Source: Deltaproteobacteria bacterium (lineage in GTDB: Bacteria > Myxococcota > JACRCW01). Taken from it: DNA of 40,368 bases. Location: positions 1 through 40,368 of the forward strand of contig JACRCW010000083.1 in the NCBI GenBank assembly GCA_016218805.1. Direction: 5' to 3'. Positions within the stretch are counted from its first letter, which is position 1. Each line of letters begins with the position of its first letter. The translations under genes and the position numbers were made by a program. The notes under the pieces were generated by a model, which saw only the letters and a list, made by a program, of their open reading frames with translations, ran no database searches and was not told the DNA's origin. This document shows, one piece after another, positions 8,492 through 18,442 of this stretch.

Positions 8492-9688
8492 TCACGGGGC
8501 CACCAGCGCGCCGGCGTCAGGCGCCCACCCGCCCGCGTCCCACGCGCGTCCCCCGTCACACGCCTCCGCGCCGCAGGCGGCGGCCACGCAATGGAGCCCG
8601 GGGCACCCGGCGTCACACGGTTCACCCAGGCGTGCCGCGGCCACGCAGCGGCCACCGGTGCACGCGCTGTCAAAGCACGCCTCCGCCGCCCCCGCGCTGC
8701 ACGCATCCCCCGCGCGCGGCCGCGGCGTGCACGTGCCTGACACGCAGCGCTCATCCGCGCGGCAGATGGAGGAGGCGCCACACGCGCCGCCCGCCGGGGA
8801 GACGCGCACGGCCGCACAGCGCTGCGTGGTGGCGTCGCAGTACAGGCGGACACCGTCGTCGTGGCAGCGCGGCGCGCGCTGGCCGGCGGAGTCGCACGCG
8901 GCGCCCTCCTCGCCGGGGCCCAGGCAATGCGTGCCGCCGTCCGTGGCGGAGCACACCAGGCCCGGCGCGCACGGAAGGGAGAACCCGCCGCCCGCCTGAC
9001 AGTCCGCGCCCTCCACGCCCAGCGCCGTGCACACGCCCAGGGGCGGGAACGGCGGGAAACACATGCTGCCGGCGGGGCACGGTGTCGTCGTGCCGGTGCA
9101 CCCCTGGCCCAACCGGAGCGTGCCCGTGCAGCGCCCGTCCGTGCACAGCAGCCCCACCTGGCAGCCCGTGGGACCCCAGCACGGACCGCCCAACGGATAG
9201 CGCGCCACGCACAGACCGCAGGTGTCCGGTCCGCCGCTGCAGTACAGCCCCGGTGCGCACTCCGCCTCCATGGTGCACGGCTGGTCCGCCGTCACGCGCC
9301 CGCTGAACACATCCACGCAGGAGGGAGACGGAGCCTGGTCGCACGCCCGGTCGCGCTCAAACTCAATGCAACCGCGTGCGTGGCGCTTGTCGTAATGCAT
9401 GCGCCCCTGCTGTTCGGCGGCCCGCTGCGGGGCGCGCTCGCGCTCGCAGCGCGCGGTCATGGCGGGCTCGCAGCCCTCCACGTCCACCGCGGCGTACGTG
9501 GCCGGGTCACAGCGCTGCGCGTGCGCGCAGGCGGCGCCGGCCCACGCCGCGCAGAAGTCCGCGGCCGTGCCAGGCTGCGGCTCGGGGAAGGTGTTGAACG
9601 GCTCGGGCAGCACCGGTTCGCACCAGCAGCCCGGCACCTGCAGCGCCGCCAGCGTGGCCAGCACCGCCAACCACCGCCCACCGTGCAC
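8492..9688 (-). CDS. Cys-rich secreted protein or lipoprotein (Dickkopf-like Cys repeats)
   Basis: GTG 9688 after GGAG; hydrophobic leader ending VPG-C; FCAAWAGAACAHAQRC domain followed by GxxC-x(n)-CxxGLxC repeats. Confidence 0.75.
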   Translation of the reverse strand: MHGGRWLAVLATLAALQVPGCWCEPVLPEPFNTFPEPQPGTAADFCAAWAGAACAHAQRCDPATYAAVDVEGCEPAMTARCERERAPQRAAEQQGRMHYDKRHARGCIEFERDRACDQAPSPSCVDVFSGRVTADQPCTMEAECAPGLYCSGGPDTCGLCVARYPLGGPCWGPTGCQVGLLCTDGRCTGTLRLGQGCTGTTTPCPAGSMCFPPFPPLGVCTALGVEGADCQAGGGFSLPCAPGLVCSATDGGTHCLGPGEEGAACDSAGQRAPRCHDDGVRLYCDATTQRCAAVRVSPAGGACGASSICRADERCVSGTCTPRPRAGDACSAGAAEACFDSACTGGRCVAAARLGEPCDAGCPGLHCVAAACGAEACDGGRAWDAGGWAPDAGALVAP

Positions 9689-9803
9689 CCGTGTCTCCAC
9701 CACGCCGACCCGCCTCCGCCGTCCGCGAGGACCCCGGCGACTGTTACGGGACACCCCCGGGACGGGCAAGCCTCCTTGGCGGCGTGGGCGCAACCGGCGG
9801 CGG

Positions 9804-11057
9804 TCACCGCTGGGCACAGGCGCCCAGCAGCCGCACCAGGAAGTCCAGCATCCCCGTCGTCACGCCCGTGCCCTGCAACCGCTCCAGCGCGGCAAACAAC
9901 TCCATCCCCGCGCCGTCCACCAACAGAGGCAGCACAGACCCCACCACGTCACGCGCCAGCGTCTCGTCCAGCGCCAGGCGCCCGGTGACGCGCGCCAGGT
10001 ACGCGTTGAGCTCCGCGCCGGACCGCGAATCCACCGTCGCCGCCAGGTTGGGAACAAAGTCCCGCCACTGCAGGCTCTCCAGCCGGATGTAGTCGAACAA
10101 CATCCCCGCCATCTCATGCCCCGGGTCCTGGCGCCGCACGCACCCCAGCACCTGTTGCAGCGGCTGCAGCAGGCCCAGCTCCGGCGCCAAACCCAGGCCC
10201 AGCGCATCCAGAAACGCGTCCAGCCGTGCGCGGGTCTCCGCCGCCAGCCGCCGTCCCACAACGTCATCCACCTGCACGCGCAGGTTGCTCTCATAGTACT
10301 GCAGCGTGAAGGACGGTGAGACAATCCCGTCCACCAGCAGGTCCGCGAACAACTGGAACGCGGCCCGCCCGATGGCCGCGGGCCGCCCGGGCTCGTCAGA
10401 GAACTCCAGGCCGTCCAGCGCCTGGGACAGCGCGGGGTCAGCAATGAGCGCGGCCAGCGCGTCCAGCAGCGCGCTGGCAAACAACCGGGTCCCTGACGGG
10501 CAGCCCGCGCACGGCACGCGCACGGACAGCACGCGGTTCGCCAGCTGCATCACCGCCCGCGGCTGACAGACGCGCAGCGCGTCCGCCGTCACGCGCACGG
10601 GCCCGGCGTGCGGCCCCGCGGCAAACTCCTCGCCGGGCAGAAGCCCCAGCTTGGGTGACCCCACCACGTACCAGATGATCGCCCGCGCGTGCGGCGCCAG
10701 CCGCGCCAGGCTGTCCCCCGCCCGCAGGTCCTCCAGCGCCGGGACCAGGCCCCGCGGCGGCGCTTCCCTGAACAGTTCCAGCCCCACCCGCACCGCCTGC
10801 CGCCACTTGCCGGTCCGCACCAGCTTGTCCCGCACCAACTCCCCCAGCGGCTGCAGGTCCTCCCGGCTGGCCGCGCCAGTCACCGCCGCTCGTGCGCCCT
10901 CCAGGGTCCCGCACGCGCCGCCGTCCCCCGTCCCGGTGTTGGGCTCCATGTAGGGCGCCGGGTGACCTGCACCTCCACAGGCCACCAGGGCGGCCGCGGC
11001 CAGACCCGTGGACCACCGCCGCGGGGATGTGGTCCGTGGGTGCACGGGGGTGCTCAT
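9804..11057 (-). CDS. Hypothetical helical lipoprotein
   Basis: ATG 11057; GLAAAALVA-C lipobox; Leu/Ala-rich helical body; GC3-rich codon usage. Confidence 0.75.
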   Translation of the reverse strand: MSTPVHPRTTSPRRWSTGLAAAALVACGGAGHPAPYMEPNTGTGDGGACGTLEGARAAVTGAASREDLQPLGELVRDKLVRTGKWRQAVRVGLELFREAPPRGLVPALEDLRAGDSLARLAPHARAIIWYVVGSPKLGLLPGEEFAAGPHAGPVRVTADALRVCQPRAVMQLANRVLSVRVPCAGCPSGTRLFASALLDALAALIADPALSQALDGLEFSDEPGRPAAIGRAAFQLFADLLVDGIVSPSFTLQYYESNLRVQVDDVVGRRLAAETRARLDAFLDALGLGLAPELGLLQPLQQVLGCVRRQDPGHEMAGMLFDYIRLESLQWRDFVPNLAATVDSRSGAELNAYLARVTGRLALDETLARDVVGSVLPLLVDGAGMELFAALERLQGTGVTTGMLDFLVRLLGACAQR

Positions 11058-11290
11058 GCCACAGCGCCGCGCCCGACGGAACATGTGTGGGGGCCGCCCC
11101 CCATCCACGGGGCGTGCACTGCCGTTCACACCCTGACACACGTGGGCCGGCGCCCCCGTCCCGGGGGGCGTGTGAACCGCCCCGGCCCGGCGCGTGCACA
11201 CGGCCAGCAACTGGAAAAGCGCCGGGGAGCGTGGTTCATTCCCGGTGTTCCCCGGCCGCGGGCATTTTGGCGCGGCCCCGGAGGTAGGCC

Positions 11291-12778
11291 ATGAGTCTGC
11301 ACCGTTGCGTCCTGGGCGTCCTCGCCACCCTGCTGTCCGGCAGCACTGCGCTGGCCAACACGGCCCCACCGGATACCGCCACGTCGGAGGAGGTCCACCG
11401 CCAGCGCATCCGCGCCGAGTTCCTGCTGCTGCAGGACGCCCGCACCACAACGTGGGGGTCGGACTTTGGCGTGGAGGGGCGGTTGCTGACCCTGCGCATC
11501 CCGCTGGCGCGCTGGGCGTACGAAGAGGCCCCCGTGGCGGGCTTCCTGCGCCAGCGCACCCGGCCCGTGCTGCAGCGGCTGCACCTGGCCGGCGAAGGCA
11601 CCGCCATCCGGGACGCCGTCATCAATGAGCTGCCCCCCTTCCGTCTCACCGTTGGCGGCGAGGGCAGCACCTTCAACGCGGAGTTCGGCGCCGTGGAGCA
11701 CACGCTGGGGCACGGCGCGCTGGTGCAGCGCTACACCAACAACCCCAACGGCGGGTTTGACATGAGCCGGCTGGGCCTGGTCATCGGCGCCAACGCCAAG
11801 GCGGTGGGCGGCAACCTGATGATCGCCAACCTGCTGGAGCCCGGGAAGCTGGTGGGCTTCAACGTGCACGGGCGGCCCATCCAGTGGTTCGCCGGTACGT
11901 ACTCCAACTTCCAGCCTGAGGCCGCCAGCAACTTTGACATGTACTCGCTGCTGATGAGCGCGCTCACCGTGGGCATCTCCGGCGCGGTGGACACCAGCGC
12001 GCCATCCGTGGTGGGCCAGTCCGTGGTCAACGGGAGCAGCCTGCCCCAGGCCATCCCCGGCACGGTGGGCGGCCTGTCCGGCGAGGTGGACGTGGGCATC
12101 AACCACTCCGTGCTGGCCGCGCACATCTACGGCAACCTGACGGGCCTGGGCCGCACGTTTGAAGAGGTCACCGTGGGGCCGGACGGGCGGCTGGGCACCG
12201 GGCTCACGCAGGCCTCGCTGTTTGGCGCCGGGGCCACCGTGGGCGCGCGGTTCAACATCTTCCTGGAGGTGCTCAAGATCGGCGGCGCGCTGGAATACCG
12301 CCTGGCCGGCCCCAACTTCACCCCGTCATGGTTTGACCGCTATTACGAGGGCGACCGCCTGTACGGCCTGGGCGGCGGCCCCAAGATCACGGAGCGGTCC
12401 ATGGGCCGCCACGGGTACAACCTGCAAATCGGCGCGCAGCTGCTCAAGACGCTGGGCGTGTTCTGGGAGATGGCGGACCTGGTCCAGGTGGACCCGCGCT
12501 TTGGCAAGAATGACGGCACCATGCGGCTGGGCGGCGTGCTGCACCTGTTTGGTGTGCTGGACTTCTTGGGCGCGTACGTGAACCGCGGCTTCAATGACTA
12601 CGGCCGCATGTTCCGCGGTGATGCCTCGTCCATGTACCTGGGTGAGGCGCGCCTCAACCTGGGGCCGCTCAACCTGGTGGGCCGGCAGTGGCGCACCTTT
12701 GAACAGCAGCCCACCGGCGGCACCCGCCCGCGGGATGGCTCCAGCGTCATGGCGGAGCTGGTCATCGGCCTGCTGTAG
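11291..12778 (+). CDS. Putative outer-membrane beta-barrel protein
   Basis: GGAGG RBS; signal peptide (STALA); many alternating amphipathic strands with Gly and aromatic residues; ends in hydrophobic strand MAELVIGLL. Confidence 0.75.
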   Translation: MSLHRCVLGVLATLLSGSTALANTAPPDTATSEEVHRQRIRAEFLLLQDARTTTWGSDFGVEGRLLTLRIPLARWAYEEAPVAGFLRQRTRPVLQRLHLAGEGTAIRDAVINELPPFRLTVGGEGSTFNAEFGAVEHTLGHGALVQRYTNNPNGGFDMSRLGLVIGANAKAVGGNLMIANLLEPGKLVGFNVHGRPIQWFAGTYSNFQPEAASNFDMYSLLMSALTVGISGAVDTSAPSVVGQSVVNGSSLPQAIPGTVGGLSGEVDVGINHSVLAAHIYGNLTGLGRTFEEVTVGPDGRLGTGLTQASLFGAGATVGARFNIFLEVLKIGGALEYRLAGPNFTPSWFDRYYEGDRLYGLGGGPKITERSMGRHGYNLQIGAQLLKTLGVFWEMADLVQVDPRFGKNDGTMRLGGVLHLFGVLDFLGAYVNRGFNDYGRMFRGDASSMYLGEARLNLGPLNLVGRQWRTFEQQPTGGTRPRDGSSVMAELVIGLL

Positions 12779-12781
12779 GCC

Positions 12782-13471
12782 TCACGCCTCGGGCGGCCGC
12801 GAGCGGATCCGGTCCTTCACCTGCTGGATGATCTCGCTCTTGAGTTGGGCCACCAGCGCCGCCATCTTCTTCTTCTGGCGCTCGCTCTCAAACAGGAACT
12901 TCACGCCCATTCCCGCCGGCTGCGCCCTGCGCGTCCAGCACACCACGCCGCGCAGCCTGAGCGGCAGCAGCGCACCGGGGACGTCCACCTTCAGCGGCAT
13001 GATGGTCCCCAGCGGCACCAGCCGGTCCGTCACAATGAACGCGCCGCCCTGGCTGACGTCGTCGGTCCAGTCCGTGATGAACGCGCTGTCGCTGCGGTAG
13101 GCAATCTGCAGGCTCACCGGGAAGCGGTGGTCGGAGCGTTCGGTGAACGCAATGTCCTTGCCGTGCGCAAAGTCCAGCACCAGGTCGCGCGTGTCGCGCT
13201 CGCTCTCCAGGAACTCCACGCCCATGCCGGGAAACTGCCCGGGCGGCCCACCCGGCTCGTCCCGCCAGCGGACCAGGCCGCGCAGGCGGAACGTGCGCTG
13301 CTCCTGCAGGAAGTTCAGTTCCAGGTCCAACGTTTCACCGGGGCGGTACCGCAGGGCGCCCGGGACCACCAGGCCGCCGTGCCCGTCCCCGGGGATGTAC
13401 TGGTCAAGGAAGCTCTGCCGGTGCCGCAGCGGCACCAGCACGGTGGGGCGGGCCTTTGCGCGCGCGGCCAA
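12782..13471 (-). CDS. Tandem PilZ-domain protein (myxobacterial TIGR02266-like)
   Basis: TTG 13471 after AAGGAGG; RSDHR (RxxxR) and DVSQGG (DxSxxG) c-di-GMP motifs in the second domain; GMGVEF and GMGVKF in both domains. Confidence 0.88.
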   Translation of the reverse strand: MAARAKARPTVLVPLRHRQSFLDQYIPGDGHGGLVVPGALRYRPGETLDLELNFLQEQRTFRLRGLVRWRDEPGGPPGQFPGMGVEFLESERDTRDLVLDFAHGKDIAFTERSDHRFPVSLQIAYRSDSAFITDWTDDVSQGGAFIVTDRLVPLGTIMPLKVDVPGALLPLRLRGVVCWTRRAQPAGMGVKFLFESERQKKKMAALVAQLKSEIIQQVKDRIRSRPPEA

Positions 13472-13490
13472 GCGGGAGCTGCCCTCCTTG

Positions 13491-15476
13491 TCAGTGCGGC
13501 ACCACCAGCGGGTCCACGGCCAGCTTGCTGGCAACCTGGCGGTTGAGGTCCAACTCCGGTTTCACCGACGCCAGGTACGCGTGCCCCCCAGCCACGGCGA
13601 CATCCGTGTAGAAGCCGTACGGCCCCGGCGTGCTGCCCTCCAGCGGATCCCAGACGGTCCACTCCCCGCTGGGTTCGCGCTGGGCCACGCGCAGGTCCAG
13701 GTCCGTCTGCTCCTGGTAGACCACGTACGCGGTGGCGTCCTGGCCAAACACCAGCGAGGCCCCCGCGCCCAACAGGTGATAGCCCGGCGGGCTGCCGCGC
13801 CCGCTCTCCACGACGTGAAACTGCCCGGAGGCCAGCGTGGCGGATGCGTAGTAGCGCAGCTCCTGGCGGCCCTGGTCCACGTACACCATGCCCACCTTCC
13901 CGTTGGGGTCCACCGCCACGGACACGTACTGTCCCACGTCCGAATCCGCCCGCCCCGCCTGGCCGTCCCCGTCAATGGTCACCGTGACGGGCGTCCCCGT
14001 TCCCTGCACGCGGACCGCGCGCAGGTTGCCGCCCACCCCGTCGTACCAGGCGGCCACCACCGCGTCGGCAAACGCAGCCACGGACGTGAACAACCCCATG
14101 GCGCGCGGCAGGCCCTCAATGGGCGGTGACCCCAGGCCCGCGCACTCCACTCCGCTGCCGGTGTCCACGCACGCCTGGCTGGACGAACATGACGGTGTGC
14201 AGGTGGAAGCGTTGGGCCGGCACGCTGCGCCGGAGCCACCGTCAGTGCCGCTGGCCAGCACGCACGTGGAGTTGGCACTGCATGCGCCGTTGCACGGATC
14301 AAAGTCCGGCGCCTGTTCCAGCACGGAGGTGGTCCAATCCGCCGCGGAGGACGGGCTGGGCGTCCGCGCCAGGGCCAGGCGCGCCGCGCTGGCGGGGCGT
14401 CCGTCCGCGCCGGTGAGCCCGGTGGCAAAGTATGCCAGGACGGGCACGCCGTCTGAGGGGCGGAACGCCAGTGACGCGAACTGCCCGGCCACCCCGTCAT
14501 CATCCACCGTGTGGATGCTCCACTGCCCGGGCGCCACGTTGAGGGCGTACTTGAGCGCGCCGTGCGTGGCGTCAAAATACGCAATGTGCAGCCGCCCCAG
14601 GGCGTCCAGCGCGGCGGAGGCAAACTTCCCCACGTCGTCCCCCGGCTCCGTGATGCCGCGCCGTGGGCCGGTCACCGCACCGCCCAGCGTGCCGGTGGCG
14701 GGGAAGCCGTCCACGTACTCCACGTCCACCCGCTCCCCGGTCCGCCAATGGTGCACCACCACCAGGTCGCCGTAGCTCATGTCATACGCGGCCACGTCCA
14801 CAAACATCCCGCCCGCCACCACGGACGCGTAGTTGCCCAACACGCCGGGGCTGAGCGGCGGGAGCGGGAGGCACTCACACTCCCAGGCGCAGCAGATCTC
14901 CCCGCGCATGGTCTGCGGATCCTTGAGGACCAACAGGCTGCCCAGCCCGCAGGACTGCGCGCAGCCGGCGTGGTCCAGCGCCGGGTGACAGGACGCGGTG
15001 CCCACGTCACACACCTGACCGGCGGGGCAGCCGCTGCCGCACGGGCTGGTCCCCACGCACGAGCCCTTGTAGCAGTGCAGCCCGGCTTCGCACGGCGCGT
15101 CGCCGACGCAGGAGGGGAATTCGCAGATCTTGAAGCCGGCAGGCTCCACGCACTTCTGCCCGCGCAGCGTGCAGTCCGCCTCCGTGGTGCACTGCGTGTC
15201 ATTGGAGCGGCTGCGGCAGGTGTTGATGGCCAGGTCACACCGCGTGCCGGGACAGCACTCCGCGTCAGCCTCACAGAACGTGATCTGGCATTTGCCGTCC
15301 CGGTAGCTCTGCAGGTCCGGGCACTCGGTGGCCACGTCACAACTGGGGCCCGCGGGAGTCCCGCTGCTGCCCTCGTCACCCTGCAGATCAATGGCCTCAC
15401 AGCCGGCGCACCCGGACAGCGCCCAACCCGCGAGCCAGCACCCCGCCCACGCGGCGTGCCCCAGCCTTGGCCTCAT
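13491..15476 (-). CDS. Cys-rich lipoprotein with beta-propeller-like repeats
   Basis: ATG 15476 after GGAGG; ALSG-C lipobox; Cys-rich N-terminus followed by repeated G(K/Q)(F/Y)xSxA...(I/V)AY(F/Y)D blades. Confidence 0.8.
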   Translation of the reverse strand: MRPRLGHAAWAGCWLAGWALSGCAGCEAIDLQGDEGSSGTPAGPSCDVATECPDLQSYRDGKCQITFCEADAECCPGTRCDLAINTCRSRSNDTQCTTEADCTLRGQKCVEPAGFKICEFPSCVGDAPCEAGLHCYKGSCVGTSPCGSGCPAGQVCDVGTASCHPALDHAGCAQSCGLGSLLVLKDPQTMRGEICCAWECECLPLPPLSPGVLGNYASVVAGGMFVDVAAYDMSYGDLVVVHHWRTGERVDVEYVDGFPATGTLGGAVTGPRRGITEPGDDVGKFASAALDALGRLHIAYFDATHGALKYALNVAPGQWSIHTVDDDGVAGQFASLAFRPSDGVPVLAYFATGLTGADGRPASAARLALARTPSPSSAADWTTSVLEQAPDFDPCNGACSANSTCVLASGTDGGSGAACRPNASTCTPSCSSSQACVDTGSGVECAGLGSPPIEGLPRAMGLFTSVAAFADAVVAAWYDGVGGNLRAVRVQGTGTPVTVTIDGDGQAGRADSDVGQYVSVAVDPNGKVGMVYVDQGRQELRYYASATLASGQFHVVESGRGSPPGYHLLGAGASLVFGQDATAYVVYQEQTDLDLRVAQREPSGEWTVWDPLEGSTPGPYGFYTDVAVAGGHAYLASVKPELDLNRQVASKLAVDPLVVPH

Positions 15477-15754
15477 GCCACCTCCAACTTGCGACCGTGT
15501 CCAAAACGCCAAGCCCCACGCGGGGTTGGGTACTCTTACACGACGCAGGCGGCCCGTGCCACTGCGCGTGCGGATGCCGCAGCGCGGCATTCCGGTCCGT
15601 GCAGCAAAAGGGGGCTGATGTAGGTGGACGTTGGGCATCCCGGCGTGGATAATGCCGCGTCCCAGTTTCCCGGGATCCCGCGATCGCCCTGGCTGCGACG
15701 TGAAGCCGGGAACATACGGGGGCGGTGGAACGCGCCGCCCGACGGAGTTGGCAC

Positions 15755-17497
15755 ATGAACGGCCTCCAGGCAGCGCAACTGCAGAACCGGGCAAACACCA
15801 TGCTGGACGCGTGGCTCAAGACGGCCACGGGGTCGGAGTCCGTCAAGGGCACCACCGTTTCCAAGCGGGAGGCCAACGCGCTGCTGGCGCAGGCCAAGGG
15901 GCTGCCAGCGGGCGAGCTGGAGAACCTCAAGAAGGCGTTCCTGGCGTCCATCCAGGCCAACACGTTCACCGTGGCGCCGGACGCGCAGAAGGTGTTTGCG
16001 GAGTTCTTCAAGGTGCCGGCGGAGTCCATCCCCGTCACGTCCACCGCGCGCTCCCAGGTCAACAGCGCCCAGCAGACGCGCGTGGCCAATGAGAGCGAAC
16101 ACCGCAGCAAGGTGTCCAGCAAGGAGGTGCGGGACTTTGTGAAGAACGCGGAGGCCCTGCCGCCCAACCTCAAGGAGCTGGTGGGCAACGCGCTGATGGG
16201 GCAACTGCAGGCGGGCAACTACAAGCTGGACGCTGACGCGCGGGCCATGCTGACGCGTTTTGTGGCGCAGGCGGGCGGCAACGGCAACGGGATGTCCATG
16301 ACGGAGGGCGCGCGGCTGGCCACCGACCTGCAGTCCGGCGCCGCCGCGCTGGACCGCGTGGTGCGCGGCCAGATGATGAACGCACCGCGCCACATGCTGG
16401 CCGAGGTGGTCAACCGCGTGGAGGGCCGCGGCGGCCTGGACGCGCTGGACCGCAGCCTGTCATTGGGCGCGCAGCCCATGAGCTACGCGCAATACGTGGC
16501 CATGCACGGCGGCAGCTTTGAGGACATCCTGTTTGCCTTCCTCATGCAGCTGGCCGACAAGGCCGACAAGAAGCTGATGGAGAAGATGAAGGAGATGGAG
16601 CGCACCGAGAAGCTCCAGGCCAAGACCGGCCAGGCGGATGCGCGCATCAAGGAGCTGCTGGGTGAGCCCGGCGCCACCGCGCCCGGCGCCACGCCCGGGG
16701 CGGCGGGCGGAGGGGTGGGCAAGGTCAGTTCGCAGCTGGATGCGCTGGTGCAGTCCGTCCATTCCATGGTGCAGGCGGACAGCGCCGGCGGCGCGCAGGT
16801 GACGCAGGCCGAGGCGGACAAGCTGGTGGCCCGCCTGGAGACCCTGCCCCCCAAGGTGCAGGACCTGCTGGCCGGCTCCATTGCTGCGGCCATGCGTTCA
16901 GCCACGATGAACATGCAGCCCGAGGCGCAGGAAGCGCTGGTGAAGTGGGGCAAGGGCGTGCGCGGTGACGCGTTTGACATCCAGAAGACCGCCGAGCCGC
17001 CGCCCCCGCCGCCGGAACACGGCAAGATTGGCGAGCAGCTGGCCAAGAGCGGGAAGCTGGAGGACAAGCTGGCCGCGTTCCTGGTGGACACGCTGACCAG
17101 CGACACCATGACCCTGAAGGAGAAGTTCAAGCCCTTCAAGGCGCTGCGTGACGAGGTGGACAAGACCATGGGCCCGATGGCCCAGCAGGTCATTCCGCAG
17201 ATGGCTGAGCCGCCGGCGGACGCTGCGCCCGCCAAGAAGACCCACAAGGGCAAGCCCAAGATGGCCGCCGAGGAGGCCGCGCCGCCCCCCGCCCCCGCCG
17301 CCATGCAGGCACCGCAGGGTCCCGCGGGCGAGCCGCAGCCCGGCACGCTGCCCGACGAGCCCGCCAAGTCCGACGCGACCAACCAGAACGAACTGCAGCG
17401 CATCATGAACGAGCGCAACCGCATCTTTGAGATGCTCTCCAACATGATGAAGGCCATGCACGACATGATCATGACCAGCGTGCGGAACATGCGCTGA
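15755..17497 (+). CDS. Helical protein with three internal repeats and an EspA/Bsp22-like C-terminal helix
   Basis: ATG 15755 after GGAG; strongly GC3-biased codons; no signal peptide; C-terminus QNELQRIMNERNRIFEMLSNMMKAMHDMIMTSVRNMR. Confidence 0.8.
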   Translation: MNGLQAAQLQNRANTMLDAWLKTATGSESVKGTTVSKREANALLAQAKGLPAGELENLKKAFLASIQANTFTVAPDAQKVFAEFFKVPAESIPVTSTARSQVNSAQQTRVANESEHRSKVSSKEVRDFVKNAEALPPNLKELVGNALMGQLQAGNYKLDADARAMLTRFVAQAGGNGNGMSMTEGARLATDLQSGAAALDRVVRGQMMNAPRHMLAEVVNRVEGRGGLDALDRSLSLGAQPMSYAQYVAMHGGSFEDILFAFLMQLADKADKKLMEKMKEMERTEKLQAKTGQADARIKELLGEPGATAPGATPGAAGGGVGKVSSQLDALVQSVHSMVQADSAGGAQVTQAEADKLVARLETLPPKVQDLLAGSIAAAMRSATMNMQPEAQEALVKWGKGVRGDAFDIQKTAEPPPPPPEHGKIGEQLAKSGKLEDKLAAFLVDTLTSDTMTLKEKFKPFKALRDEVDKTMGPMAQQVIPQMAEPPADAAPAKKTHKGKPKMAAEEAAPPPAPAAMQAPQGPAGEPQPGTLPDEPAKSDATNQNELQRIMNERNRIFEMLSNMMKAMHDMIMTSVRNMR

Positions 17498-17619
17498 TGC
17501 GGACGCGCCTGCTCGCCGTGGTGGCGCTGCTGCTGCTGGGCGCGCTGGCCACGGCGTGCGGCGTCAAGGGCGCACCCCGCCCGCCCCGCAGGACCGCCGC
17601 CACCACCACCGCGCGCTGA
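17497..17619 (+). CDS. 40-aa lipoprotein, LptM/YifL-like
   Basis: Below the ORF-track cutoff. ATG overlaps the upstream TGA (TGATG). MRTRLLAVVALLLLGALATA-CGVKGAPRPP matches the CGxKGPxxxP pattern of YifL/LptM lipoproteins. Confidence 0.75.
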   Translation: MRTRLLAVVALLLLGALATACGVKGAPRPPRRTAATTTAR

Positions 17620-17622
17620 GCG

Positions 17623-18276
17623 TCACCCCTCCCAGATGCGGACGCGTCGGCGCGTGGTGCCCTCAATGCTGCCGGCGCATTCCACCTCCCCTTCCCACGC
17701 CAGCGCCAGGCCGTCCGGACGGAAGAACGGGCGGCCCGCATCCGCAATCACCACACGGCGCCCCTGCCCCTTCCAGGCCGCCACCACGTCCCGCCCGCGG
17801 TCCACCGCGGCGCTGCCGTAGAGGAAATCACCGGCAAGGATGGTGCGCGCGTCCCCAACCAGCGCCGGGTCCGCCAGCACGTCCCCGGCGCGCGCGGAAA
17901 GCACCACGCCGTGCCGGCGCGCCAACTCCAGCGCCGCGGCACCCGCCAGCGGATCCACGTCCAGCGCCTGCACGCGCGCCGCTCCCTGCCGTGCCGCGGC
18001 CACGGACGCCACGCCGGAGCCGCAGCCCACGTCCGCCACCACCTGACCACGCACGTTGAGCACGCCGCGCTCCAGCGCTGCGGCCAGCGCGTGCGAACCG
18101 GGCCATGCGCACGCGTAAAACGGCGGCGGCAGGCGCGTGCCCGCGGCGGCCTCCAGCGCCTCCCACGCGTCCAACTCCGTGTGCGCCTGCCACGCGTGCA
18201 CGGCGGGGCACAGCGCCAGCGGAAGGTAGGGCGCGTGGCGGTCCAGCAGCGCCACCAGAGACGCGTGGGTGAGCAC
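17623..18276 (-). CDS. Class I SAM-dependent protein methyltransferase (Methyltransf_16/METTL20-like)
   Basis: PPPFYACAWPGSHALA, VADVGCGSGV, ALDVDP, ILAGDFLY, IADAGR motifs; probable GTG start at 18276. Confidence 0.85.
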   Translation of the reverse strand: MLTHASLVALLDRHAPYLPLALCPAVHAWQAHTELDAWEALEAAAGTRLPPPFYACAWPGSHALAAALERGVLNVRGQVVADVGCGSGVASVAAARQGAARVQALDVDPLAGAAALELARRHGVVLSARAGDVLADPALVGDARTILAGDFLYGSAAVDRGRDVVAAWKGQGRRVVIADAGRPFFRPDGLALAWEGEVECAGSIEGTTRRRVRIWEG

Positions 18277-18316
18277 CTGACGTCGGTGCCACGGCGTGGG
18301 CGCGCGAACAAGGGGG

Positions 18317-18345
18317 TTGACGCCATCGGGTACCCCTGCTAGGTG
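18317..18345 (+). promoter_or_regulatory. Possible sigma70-type promoter of tRNA-Pro
   Basis: TTGACG (18317-18322), 17 bp spacer, weak -10 TAGGTG preceded by TG. Confidence 0.4.
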
Positions 18346-18363
18346 CGCGGCCCCACTTGGCAC

Positions 18364-18440
18364 CGGGGCGTAGCTCAGCCTGGTAGAGCGCTTGGTTCGG
18401 GTCCAAGAGGTCGTAGGTTCAAATCCTGTCGCCCCGACCA
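18364..18440 (+). tRNA. tRNA-Pro (anticodon CGG)
   Basis: 77 nt; acceptor stem CGGGGCG/CGCCCCG plus ACCA; D-arm GCTCAGCCTGGTAGAGC; anticodon arm CTTGG-TTCGGGT-CCAAG; T-loop GGTTCAAATCC. Confidence 0.97.
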
Positions 18441-18442
18441 GT

